Source: Paragordius varius (Eukaryota; Animalia; Nematomorpha). From it: a stretch of 64,000 nt of DNA. The position numbers and the translations under genes were made by a program. The DNA lies in NCBI GenBank assembly GCA_964247055.1, contig OZ176053.1, forward strand, positions 1,116,001 through 1,180,000. The letters run 5' to 3'. This document shows positions 12,511-24,311 of this stretch, one piece after another. Each line of letters starts with the position of its first letter. The stretch's first letter is position 1. The notes under the pieces were generated by a model. That model had not been told where the DNA came from and ran no database searches. It saw only the letters and a program-made list of their open reading frames with translations.

Positions 12511-13531
12511 ATTGAAAATTTAGCTTTGTACCCGGACAAATATTCATGGTGCGAAGTTCGAGAAATCAAACAAGTCGTAAATTACCCAGGATGTAAGTCA
12601 AAGGTTATTGCTATTTCATATTTGTGTATAATTTTGTAGAACATCTCGTATCATAAGTTTTAATAATTTTTACCATATTATGTAGATAATTTCAAATAAG
12701 GTATGCGTCGGTCAATGCTTTTCTTATTCTATTCCGCGCACGATTCCTGAAATACCAGGCGATCGCATTCTGCATTATTGCGACAGTTGTCGACCATCCA
12801 ATTTTACTTGGGAAAAGGTTTTTTTACAACTAATTCACATTTTAATATATTGAATAAATTTAAGTTTTTTTAGCAAGAACTATATACAGAGATTACTAAT
12901 TATGATTTATTTCAAACTTTATATGCTATTCAATATGTTGAAAACTTAAGAAAAAATAATATTTTTTTGGTATTAAAATCATATAATTACTCTATTCCAA
13001 GAGCCAAAATTTTTAACTATGCACAAAAAGCGGTTTAATACAGAAAAGAATTATTAGATTCAAATGGTCTTTTGATTGAGAACCAACAGATATAAGGCAT
13101 ATAGTCTAAATTAATAAGGGATATTCAAAAAGTACAGACCATCATTTTTTACTAAACTTACATTTCTAATTTTATATTATATTGTACTTTAAATGAGGCA
13201 TCGAGGGATTGTACAATAGTTGATATCCCTAAATGTCATATTAAAAACTATTATTATATGCTGATAAGTATTCGACACCATATCAAAAGCCATTACTTTT
13301 ACATCAAAGATTTAACGCCTTATCATTTATAACTTCACATAGATTTCCCTGGAAATATTGGATCCGACTGAAGAACAAAAGTCTATGGATATGTTAATCG
13401 AACTAATTCACCAATGTTCGTGTCGCAATTGTCAACAACCTTTGCAAACTTTCAAGGAAAGCAGAGATAATCGATACAATTCCGATATGGAGATTGAAAC
13501 AATACCACAAGACATAATATTTGAATTATAA
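12511..13531 (+). CDS. NBL1: NBL1/DAN-family cystine-knot BMP antagonist; exons 12511-12603, 12686-12817, 13343-13531; signal-peptide exon not located
   Basis: Phase-0 splicing gives IENLALYPDKYSWCEVREIKQVVNYPGCKSK|IISNKVCVGQCFSYSIPRTIPEIPGDRILHYCDSCRPSNFTWEK|ISLEILDPTEEQKSMDMLIELIHQCSCRNCQQ...FEL*. This closely follows vertebrate NBL1 motifs (L-PDK--WC, GC, C-GQCFSYS-P, CDSC-P, CSC--C). AATAAA occurs at ~13574. Confidence 0.85.
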
Positions 13532-13839
13532 ATGTTATATTATAGAATTTGCTATAATCCCGAAATTTTAAAAAATAAAATATAAAACTTATGGTCTCTC
13601 TTACCGTTATTTATTTATGTAAGTCAGCTGAATGGTGGTTTACCTGGTTAGTGGCTTTTGACTTGCTGCTAGTACTAACTGGCTAAATTTTGCACGTCTG
13701 TTTTGAATATCATGCATACATTATCGATATGATCAAAACAGCGAATAGTCAAATATCAAGTGCTATATCTAATACTAATAACATCTTTGAATTCTGTAAA
13801 AAAATAAGGTTAAATTAATAAACAATTCATAGTTTAAAT

Positions 13840-15653
13840 CAGTGATACTCAAACCGCGGCCCGCGGGCCGCATGCGGCCCTAAGAGTGCTTAAAAATTGC
13901 CCTGTGACAAAATTGATACATAAATTATTTTTGATAAATTTTTAAAATACACATAAGCGAATTTTCGCGTATTTTAATTTTAATTTATTTTCTTTAAAGT
14001 TAATTTTGGTAATTTTTATTTTTTACCCAATTTGAAAAGTAGAAAAATTTTCCTACATTAGAATGATTTCAAAATTTTGGCACACGTTGTTTCTGTTTCT
14101 GTATTTTATTTTATTTTCTATTTAAATTTATTGCATTCCTTTTTTGTAAAGCAAGCCTTTCACCCAAACTTGCATATCTTTTCATTGCTATCTTACATCA
14201 TTTTCTGATACTCATTTCCATAAAATATTTATCAAATCTACATCATTAAATTTCGTCCTGTTTTTTTATAGCATATTCAAATTATATTCCTATTTTTTTG
14301 AAAAAATAATATTTAAACATAAATTAAAAGGATGACATATGCTAAAAAACGTAAATTATCCGATGAAAATCGCTCCTTTAAAAAGAATGGGAAAAAAAAT
14401 TCTTTGTCGTTATAAATAAAATATTGTTACCTGCCTTATATGTAAGGACCACATAATTATAAAAAATACAAGAGGAAAGACATCTCAATGTGCGCTCTTC
14501 ATGAGATTTTGCAACGACAACATAATCAACGAGTATTTATTTTTACCAATGAATAATGCCACGAAAAGAAGTAATTTCCTAGAAAAAATTAGCATTTTTT
14601 TAGATAATAATGGCATATCTATGAAAAAATTGGTATTGTGCACTGATGGCTGTCCCTCTATCATTGGAATAAACAAAGGATTTATTCCCCTCTTGAAAAA
14701 CAAATATAATTTGCAAAATATTTTATCCTTTTACTGCTTTATTCATCAGCAACTTGGTTTCGCGTATAAAAGATGAATCACTCAATTCAGTAGTAAAAAC
14801 GTTTGTGGATATAGTAAACCACATCCGTGGCAAAAAATTCAACGGCCGTAAATTCAAAAACCTTCTGAAAATATCCACGGTGAATTTGACAATACTCATA
14901 CACCGCTGTGCGATGGCTTAGCCTTACCAAAGTATTAAATAGATTTTTTGTTTTAAGGCATAAAATTCTATTATTTATAAATGATAACAGAAGGTTTAAC
15001 GAGGAAAATAATAGTGACAAACAATGGGTTTTATTAGCCTACCTTTGCGACATTACCGCGGAGGTTATCATTTAACATTTTTATCTAATGAGATGAAATT
15101 CAGAATTAATAATTGCTTAAAACTCCATGGCATATGGATATATCCAATATTAAGCAACTTGAGGATTTCGGTTTTGGCAGGCGCATATCATTGAAGAATT
15201 CGTAGATCTTAAATGATTTAAGGAGGCTATATTAGGAGAATCGTGGGGAAGAAAGATATGTAGAGTTTTGGCAAGATGTGCCAAATACTGTTTTTTCTTC
15301 CACTTAGTGAGGCGGCATATTCAAAAATGAAGTATGTCAAGAATACATAGAGAAATCGCTTAACCGATGATCATATGGACGATGTATAAGATTGGCCTGT
15401 CATGAGGCGAAACGTCAAAAAAATTTGTTTAATATCAAAATAAATGTTAACGAAATATTTTAATTTTAAATGGTGCAAAACGAGTTTTTACCTGGATTTA
15501 CATGCGATCCGCAAAAAATTCATTGTGCTGATTTAGAGTATAAATATGTACAATGTGTCAAGCTATGGAATATTTGCCAATATAAGGTTCATGGCCCTCG
15601 AAAAAATAATATATTTTATTTGGCCCGTCAATTTTTTTTGGTGAGTACCACTG
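13840..15653 (+). mobile_element. hAT superfamily (Buster/Charlie/SPIN-like) DNA transposon, internally deleted and frameshifted
   Basis: TIRs are CAGTGATACTCA and CAGTGGTACTCA (11/12 identical). A perfect 8-bp TSD GTTTAAAT sits at 13832-13839 and 15654-15661. Transposase remnants: KKRKLSDENRSFK (~14345), LCTDGCPSIIG...FYCFIHQQ (~14635-14750), RWLSLTKVLNRFF (~14911) and SKMKYVKNTYRNRLTDDHMD (~15320-15380). Confidence 0.93.
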
Positions 15654-16135
15654 GTTTAAATATTGGGTGGAATCTAACAGGCTACGAAAAAATTAAATTT
15701 TAAACTAAAAAACAAAAATCACAGTACTATGATAATTTAATTTGCCTATTAATTTATTTCATTCATTGATAACGATTTCATGTTTGACGTTTTAAAATAA
15801 TGAATAAATACCGTAGCAGTATACTTTTACTTGATATCATAAAAAAGTACATGTTTTTTTATTATGGACAACATTTGTCTAATGATGCTGAGAATTCTTG
15901 CCTTGGGGAGTGAACTTATCGGTAAAGATTGAATTTTGGGGAGAAATGCTTAGAACCTCCTCTCTGAAAGATAAAAAATTGTATCAAAATATGAAGCGTT
16001 AAAGAATATATTATAACTCTGTCCTCACAATCACCTACTCATTTAGAAAAATTGATTTATTAAAAATGAGACGGCGCTTGACATCAATTTTGTCGAAAAC
16101 CGTTATACTAGTCTTCATAAGTTTGGTATATTAAA

Positions 16136-17826
16136 CAGTGTGCAACAAATTTTCTCAATGTATCATACCTAGCTTAATAGACCGTTGAGACATATACATT
16201 TCAAAAATAAAAGGAAAAAAAATTGTCAATGTATAAAAAATTTATTTTCTCTTTTTCCATATATGGTTATAATCGGTAAATAACAATTTATTTGCATAAT
16301 TAATCAATTATAAAACTTTTTATATAATATAAATAATATTGAATAAATATTATTTGCAAATTTCGGCTTAATTTGAACGGATAGATTTAGAATAAACTCA
16401 ATTTAGTAAATCCAACTAAATTTAGATTTTATATAAGTAACATTAAATTTTTTTATGATTTTTCATTTGATCATGTCTCGTGATATAATTAGTCATATGT
16501 AATGAGATATTGAAGCGTGCAGATACTGTCAAGGATAAAAGGTTTAACACTGACACTGATAATAGTATAATTAATAATAATTTTAGGTAGAAACATTTTT
16601 TAATTCACAAAGCAAACTTTCAAACCCAATGAATATTGAAATTATATATATACACTAATCATAATAATAAAATGTTTTTTACAGTTACATGTTTTAATGG
16701 CTTTTTAGGTGCATTCCTTAAATTAGAAATGTGAAATTAAAAAAACTTCAGATTCCCCATTTTTTTTTGAATTATTAAAAAGACAGTTTATGGCTATGGA
16801 AATATTTAAACTTTAATCATTTAGTAAAACACTAAAAGTGTATTTATGCTGATTTATAAATTTAATGATATACTTTTTTTGTATAAATATCTGCAAGTTT
16901 TTATAGCTATAATACGTTGCACGGTTCTTAGGATAATATATTTTTTGCGGCCTTTTTAATATATTGTTTACCATTTTTTTAAATGCTTATATTTGAATCT
17001 ATTATAAAGTGTTGATATACATTTTATGATAAACTATTTGATCAGGTATTTTATGTTATTAAAATTTTGGCAAAAAAGACTTTCTCAATATCAAGAACTC
17101 TTCCAATGAGTTGAATTTAAATGTCCTAAGTAAGATGTTTACGATGACATAAGAAAAGAATGGATAATCTAACAGAAACCAATGGATCGTAGGTAGAACT
17201 CAACATTAAAACTAAAAATAGCAATCTATTGAGGAGTTTTTTTAAATATTAAAAGGCGACCTCATTTCTAAAACATTCAACGAAAAACATAATATTAGAT
17301 TGAGAAAAATGAATATAATATATGTATGGCAATAAATTTATTATACAACGAACATAATGTAAATTTTCAATTTGATTAGACGTAAATTGCATTTTTATGA
17401 ATTTTACCACAGACTAGCTTAATATTTCTCGTGACAACTTGCAGTTTCTTGTTGTACCTTAAATAATTAAAAAATTATACTTCAAACGAAAATTTATATT
17501 AAATAATTTTAATTTTACTTTAGTTAAAAAAAATCAAAAAAATTATTGAGGTTTATATTAAATCAAAAACCATACAATTTGAGCCAAAATTTGCAAATAA
17601 TATTTATTCAATTTTATTTATATTATATATATTAGTTTTATAATTTTTGATCAAGTATTATGCAAAAAAATTGATTTTTACCGATTATAACCATATATGG
17701 AAAAGTGGAAAAAAAATTCTTCATTAACAATTTTTTATCCTTATATTTTTGAGATGTATATACAACGGTCATATTAAGCTAGGTATGATATCCTGAGAAA
17801 AAATTTATCCCCATTTTTGCCCTCTG
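16136..17826. mobile_element. ~1.7 kb element with ~270-bp terminal inverted repeats, probably a decayed Tc1/mariner-type transposon
   Basis: Arms at ~16136-16405 and ~17545-17826 are inverted copies, including an exact 24-mer CCATATATGGTTATAATCGGTAAA and TATCATACCTAGCTTAAT. Faint MDN (~17160) and SIEEFF*ILK (~17224) remnants on the plus strand resemble the DDE C-terminus. Exact ends and TSD are unresolved. Confidence 0.6.
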
Positions 17827-18966
17827 TGTTGTATATAAATTTTTTTCCTACTTTACAGGGTTATTATAAATATAGGAGACTTTGGCTGTAACATTTAAGT
17901 AAAACTCTCGCTAGTTTTAGAAGTGGTGAAATTATGCTCTCTCAGCAACCTGGAGATAAATGTATTTTTGAAATGTTTACTGATCTCCTATCAATGCCTA
18001 TATTTTAATCATATTTTGCTGCTGAACAAATCTCATCAAAATTTAACTGTTTTCTGATTTAAAATTTAATTTTTAGGTGATTAAAATCAGCTTCACACAA
18101 GTAAACGATAAATTTATGCCCTATAATGGCTAGACCTAAAAATTAGGAGCCAGTTTACTTATTTTTCGTCAAAGCATATACAGCTCTCTTTAAATTGATG
18201 ACTAAATGTTTTTTAAAAGAGGCCGAAAATTCCACCAAATATATTTATTTAAATCTTAACCTTATTTTTTATCTCACCTTTTACAGAATTCTAAATTACA
18301 TAGTTTTTAGATATAGCACTTAAAACTTTTTGCAAGACAGCTATTAGCTGCCGTGACGCATCGTAAATATATGCTGTTAGCAAAATTTAGCCATCAAACC
18401 ACTAGTCAGCTTAGAATCACATAGCCCATGAATGAATATAACTTAATTCAAGATTTAACGCTCTACGTTGTGTTGTGTAGACTCACTATAACTTAAGAAA
18501 TATTATATCATAAAAAAGCAATTTTATATGATTTAAAAAAATATATTTATTTATTCTGCTTAAATATTAATTCTCGTTATATTAAACCCTATTTAGAAAG
18601 TGAGAGTTAGATGATCACAGAAAAAAAGATATGAGTATATAATATCCTTATAAATTGTTGCGGTTAAATGTGGATTGCTTGATTGATTCTTATATCATAT
18701 TGGGCAGTCAATTAATACAGTACCCTTTTATTGTTGACCACTTCACATTATATTTGACCGATTGACAGTAGCGCATGGTTTAAAATAAAAAATGGTAGAT
18801 AAACGAATTTTCCTTATCTAATAACGTTAATTTGTTTATTTTAGACAAAATTTGTTCCAAATCATACGCTGCTACATTGCCTGGCCAACAGTAATGTTGA
18901 TTGCCAAACAATAAAATGGGTACTGTTTACTAATTTAAAGGGGTATATCTTTTTATTTTATCGTTT

Positions 18967-19643
18967 TTAAGATTCATAGCCTTCCTTCATTTTCATAATC
19001 ATTAGAGTGAGTATCAAATCCCAGGCATCTCGGGCCTCAGGTGTAAATTCTTCACCCATTTCGGTGGCCCAAACGCGCAGAATGCAATCTTTGAAACTAA
19101 TCCAATATGACATTTTGAAACCGGGAAATCTATTGTGCATTCGACCAAGAGCGACCATAATAGAGGCAACATTGTTGAGATCCTGCAAATTATCTACAAA
19201 CGATTTTATGCTAAATATGAATCGCTTTGAATGGGCCCGAAATAAATGATCCTTGATAAGGTCATCGTGAGATTTGTGCCCAAACGTGGGGAATATAGCT
19301 TTGATTTCGGGACGTCTTTTAAAAATAAGGAGAAACACTTCTATTCCAACCCTCTGTGGACTAATGATGACATGTCTCCATGTACTTTTGATTAATTTGC
19401 ATTCAAGCGGTGTAAGCGAAATAACTCCGCTATGTAAAGTATTTAATATATTTTGCTGGTGACTTGTAAACTGCTGTTTTCCATCATTTGGAATATTTTC
19501 TGACGAATTAATCAAAGAATTGAATTTGCTTTTTCTTCGTTCCGTTTGTAAGGCCTTCTCATCTGGATTTTTCAAACCCATATAAACCAACATGTTATTT
19601 ATCTTGGACAATGGTAATCCATAACTCCACGAAGGATTAGCTT
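18967..19643 (-). CDS. Globin (neuroglobin/globin-X-like), main exon containing the whole globin domain
   Basis: Canonical globin residues are present: A12 Trp (KSTW), B10 Phe (GIEVF), C2 Pro, CD1 Phe (AIF), distal E7 His (FRAHSKRF), proximal F8 His (LGRMH) and the H-helix AW. A phase-1 acceptor TTTAG|AA GCT lies at 19643 in the same open frame. Confidence 0.92.
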
Positions 19644-20899
19644 CTAAACATAATATTGTTAATATTCAAAAAGTTAATTAAAATATAACCTATAAATCTC
19701 ATATAAACGTGATATGTTATGGCGACTACATATTTAGTAAAAGATATAATGCAGTTAAATAACTCTTCAATATATTTCAGGTATTTAAGCACCATATATA
19801 TATATATATATATATATTATCATAGTATGTAATTTAGAGGTACTTCTTGTATGAAGACTTAATTTATTAGAAAGAGTCAAGGATATTTCAGAATCCGAAT
19901 AATATTAGGGGGTCAAGCGCTGTACAAGAGAAATAATTGCAAAATTCAAAAAAAATCTGTTTTTAGTATTTTGGCTATAAATTTTTATATAATATTAAAA
20001 ACAGTTGAAGTAGACGATTTAAAATTTTTGAATAAAACCGTATTGTGGTTTTTCTAAATTCTAACCTGATAAATCTTTTAAAAATCAGAATAAGTTTCAG
20101 AAGCTAAATCATAAAGCTTATGTATATTTTAAATTTTCCCATATTTAATTTAAACGCGTCAAAAATCGGAAAAAAAATATTCTTTGAAACATTGAACAAA
20201 TGTATCATTATCTCATGGTGCTTTTGGTTTTGGCATTTACGAGTATAAAAATTTACATTTTTGTTGCAATAGTTGGATCTAAAAAATAAAATTTTATCAA
20301 ATGATATTTTTGGTAAAAGCTTTCTGCTTTATTTCAAAATTAGTATTAAAATATAAAATATATTATATTAAAAAAGCAAATTAATATTTTTGTAAAACAT
20401 TAATCTTTAGATGGGGGCTTCGAAGCCCCAAATTTTTTCGCCCTTTTTAGAATTAACCTAGTTTTAAAATTGCGAAAATGCCGAGGCGCTATAAATATTT
20501 TAATATATGATAGTTAATGGCAAAATTTTTTTGAAAAAACATATTTGGTTTAAAAATTAATCCTTAACAAAATTTTGTTATAGCGTTCATATTATTTTAA
20601 GGCATGATTGAAACGATATAACAAAGCTTAAAGATATTATAAAAACACTTTTCTATAAAATTCGATAATGTTGAACATTTCAATCTCATCACAATTTTAA
20701 AAAGCTATTATTGAATAATTGTTTTTTTCACAAAAACTCACTCAAGTTCAAAAGGCAAAATGAAACCAAAAATTTAAAAGCATAATATTTAAATGTATAG
20801 CAAAATTTTAATGAACCGAGTTTTATGGTGATTTGCAGCATGGTAGACTCTATTATATAAACAATATTTCTATATTTCGATGAGGCTGATAGCCCTTTG

Positions 20900-22700
20900 T
20901 TTTAAAAGAACTTGGCGATTCCGGACAAGAAGGCACCCTAAATTACCTTGATGCAAAAATATATTTTATGCATTTTCCTCTCTTATAGCCTTTCATCCTA
21001 GTCGAGATATTACTATAAGACAGAAAAGTAATACAAAAAACCGATTTAGATCCAACATGACTAAAACCATAAAGTTGTTAGGGTTAGTTACCTGGTTTCT
21101 TAATTTGTTTTTTTTAATATTTTTAAAGCGTGTGTTAAAAGTATAATCGATATATAGTACGAACATTCTAACTGACTTACCTTTTTTTATAAAGGGAAAA
21201 TGCTTTCATCCCCGGCGGTATTGTTTAATATCAAATTATAAGATTAAAAAGATTATTGAGGTATTATATTCCGATTTTTCCTGATTTTTTATTAATCAGA
21301 AGAGGGTTGTGTGGGTCCACTTGATATATTTTGTTTCCTTTTTTCGCGCATTTTCCACGTGAGCAAACGAAAATTTTAAAACTGATTGGGTCTTGGTATT
21401 AATGGAAGTGATACAATATGGATTTGTTGAATTTAAAGTATCTTTCTTATAGTCTTCCCAAATTCTTATAACCTGGATATGATTTGTTTTGAAAATTGGC
21501 ATTATTTTATATAATTCGTTTTGGAAATATCCTTTTTGTTATTTGATTTTATTTGGTTAAATATTTTAATATTTTTCGCATCCTTCTCTGCGACTCTGCA
21601 ATTTTGATGCTATTTTCTTGTTTGCGGTTGATGATTGATTTTGTAACTTTGATACGTAATTGGAGGTATTATTTTATATCTTCCTCTTTGTGGGTTTTTT
21701 CCAAGAATCGGAAGGCACGGTTTCCTAATTTTAATTTGAGATTTGATCTCATCGCTTCACCACCAATTTTTCCTAGCGCCCTTTGTTACACCACATTTTG
21801 TCTCGGTTTTCATGAATTTCTTTTTTAAAAACCCAAATTTGACCCAGGTTGTTATCAGCTGCCCAATTTTCTCATTGACAGTTTCCATAAACTTGTCAGC
21901 ATATATAGGTTTTTGAAACATTTTGATGTTGGTTTGGGTTTGTTGTGTCTTATTGGTATGAAAAATGTTTTAGTAGTATGGTAGATACTACTAGCCTGTG
22001 TGTGGTGTCAGTAACATTTCGTATCATTGCATATTTTTCTTTTCTCTCTGGAATCAGTAGTAATTGATTTGAGATTTTACATTTCGTGAGGAACATGTAT
22101 CTGACTTTGATCTGGTTTGGTAAAATTTGTATTTAATATGCATAAATTAAACATTGCACAGAAATTGACGGATTCTCCTTCCTTGTTTAGCTATCCCAAT
22201 CCAAACCACCATGGATACCAGTATAATCAATTCCTTGTTTGCCCATATGTCCATTCATGTAACCGGCTAACATTATTAGGCCCAACTTTACGTGTTATTT
22301 TAAAAAGTTAATCCCAAAGTTATATTTTAGACTTGCGAGTCCTAATTGCGGGGCATACATACATATATATTTATTATGGAATTACTACTAATTTTGGTTA
22401 TGCCTCAGATTAAGAATATTTTCAGAATGTTTTTTGTAAAGATTCCGGCACCTTCTATCGCCTAATCTCCCTAATAAAAACATTTTAGTGTATTTACCGG
22501 TTCCTGTTTACCTTGTTCTTGTTTCTATGCAACATACATACACTTGTAATCATTTAGTTTTCCCACAACATCAATAGTTCTACTTTTTAAAGATCTTCCG
22601 AGTAAAATTTGCAGTTTTAAAATCATTTTAATTCTGTTTTTAAAATGAGGCAAAGTTTTACATTTAATGCCCTTAAAATACACCTCAACACTCTGAGGAG
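20900..22700 (-). mobile_element. Degenerate RTE-like non-LTR retrotransposon (APE endonuclease, linker, start of RT)
   Basis: Remnants: LAGYMNGHMGKQGIDYTGIHGG (~22270-22205, endonuclease GDxNGHVG...HGG motif), IRIWEDYKKDTLNSTNP (~21470-21420), TIPPGMKAFSLYKKK...ECSYYISIILLTHALKI (~21220-21120) and FLHQGNL (~20960-20940). Many stops. Confidence 0.72.
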
Positions 22701-24064
22701 TAAATGCAATCCTAACATTTAACGGGGAAATTTATTTGGTTTTCAAACCTAGGCTCACGAAGTTTCCTCTCCGCATTCAGATATCGATTGTATACCATAC
22801 GTTTGCATCATTTTTGTATCGTTGTATGGGCACTAATAGCTCCAGTTCCCGCTTTATTGATTGTATGACTGGCATTGTTGATTTATATATAGAGCATAAG
22901 AAGCTCTTTCCCATGCTCACCACGCCTCACACCGCATCAGACCATACAAGCCTTCCCATGTTCCGTTCTCGTTAGTTGGATATCCAGGGTGCACCGGTGA
23001 TAGTCGTAATATTAATTTCGTGCTGCATTTTATGAAAAATCAAGGCATTTTTTTCTACAAATATATCTTTACAGAAGAAAAATTATCATTACAATTAAAA
23101 GATCTGAAATCGCTTCTTGATCTTGCTTTTTAAGGCCTCAGAAAAATTTCACATTCCAAATCAATTAAAAAACAGTAATGCAAACATTTTTTGACGTTTC
23201 AAATATTGCTTTTGTAAAGAAGTAATATATCGGTAAGATTCTGATAAAGATCCTCACCTCTCCGCATAATTGTGCTTCTAGATAGGAAAAAGCTTTTTAT
23301 TGATTTCACGAAATTCTTTTTGTATTTATAATTTCAAACAGCACTTTAGAAGCTATAAAAAAAGTTTTTTTCGAAATTTCTCCGTCCTGAAAAGATTTGT
23401 TGTTATTAGGATTTCTGATATTTTATATGTTGCAATCATGAATTATTTTGATTTTTGCTGTATGCAGTGTTTCTGAGCATTTAGATATTTTTTAGCTTGA
23501 TTTTTGATTTGCGAATATCTGAATTTATTTTTGATACTTCATGTGAGGCGTAGTAAAATATCTTTGAACAATTGCTTTTTCAGACAAAACCACGGTGGAT
23601 TTGGATGTCAAACTAGAATGTTTATCTTTATTCATTAAAAAATAATCTTCTTTCTATTCATTTCTCTAACAATATATTTTAGCATTTTTCTGGCTTAAAT
23701 TTTTAGTCATATTAATATAAATTTATCTGCTTCTGTTTTTTTTGCTAAAATTTAAATTATTTATAAGGAAACGAATGATTTAAAGTTCGAATAATATACA
23801 TCTGATACAAATATATAAATAAAAAATAAATTAACTTATTAATCAAAATTTGTTAAAAAATAATTAAGCAATAAATTATAATTTTTTGGGAAAAAAAATT
23901 ACGCAAAAATATTTTTTTATTTTTCCAAAATTTTCAGGCGTCACGTTTTTAAATCTCGCGGTCATGAAGTCGATCGCGCTCGACCGTCCCTTTATTTTAT
24001 ATTACAAATATGCTTATTAATGTCTTAAGGTAAATTATAGATCAACTATTGAAAACAATAAAAC

Positions 24065-24311
24065 CTGTTGAGGTATTTAAGGTATTAGAATGTGGAATAG
24101 CTCTATGTTTTTTCATTTCTTGACAATCCTTAATGAAGCTATCGTCTTGTATCGATAGAGTTCGTTGTGATTTTCTCTGGAACCCTTTTTTGCCTTTAAG
24201 CGTTTCAGGCGAAGGGCTAATTGCCTTATTTTCTTCAGTCTTAGGTGTTGCGTTACCTTTGAAAAAGGCGAAAATATTTGAACTAATTGATTTTTCCCTT
24301 TTCTGTTCCAT
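24065..24311 (-). CDS. Putative first coding exon of the globin gene (82-aa Lys/Ser-rich N-terminal extension)
   Basis: ATG-initiated MEQKREKSISSNIFAFF...NTLNTST ends in a phase-1 donor (ACA G|GTTTAT) compatible with the acceptor at 19643, giving a 307-aa model. The linkage is inferred only. Confidence 0.4.

Noticed and set aside
13625-13680. tRNA/SINE A-box-like GGTGGTTTACCTGGTTAGTGGC
   Set aside because: No B-box (GTTCRA) or cloverleaf follows.
20414-20429. Perfect 16-bp palindrome GGGGCTTCGAAGCCCC as a Helitron 3' hairpin or terminator
   Set aside because: The nearest CTAG is ~28 nt away and no matching 5' end was found; bacterial-type terminators are irrelevant here.
22700-23700. Possible integrase-like or PHD-like relic upstream of the RTE fragment
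   Set aside because: Motifs required several assumed frameshifts and could not be assigned with confidence.
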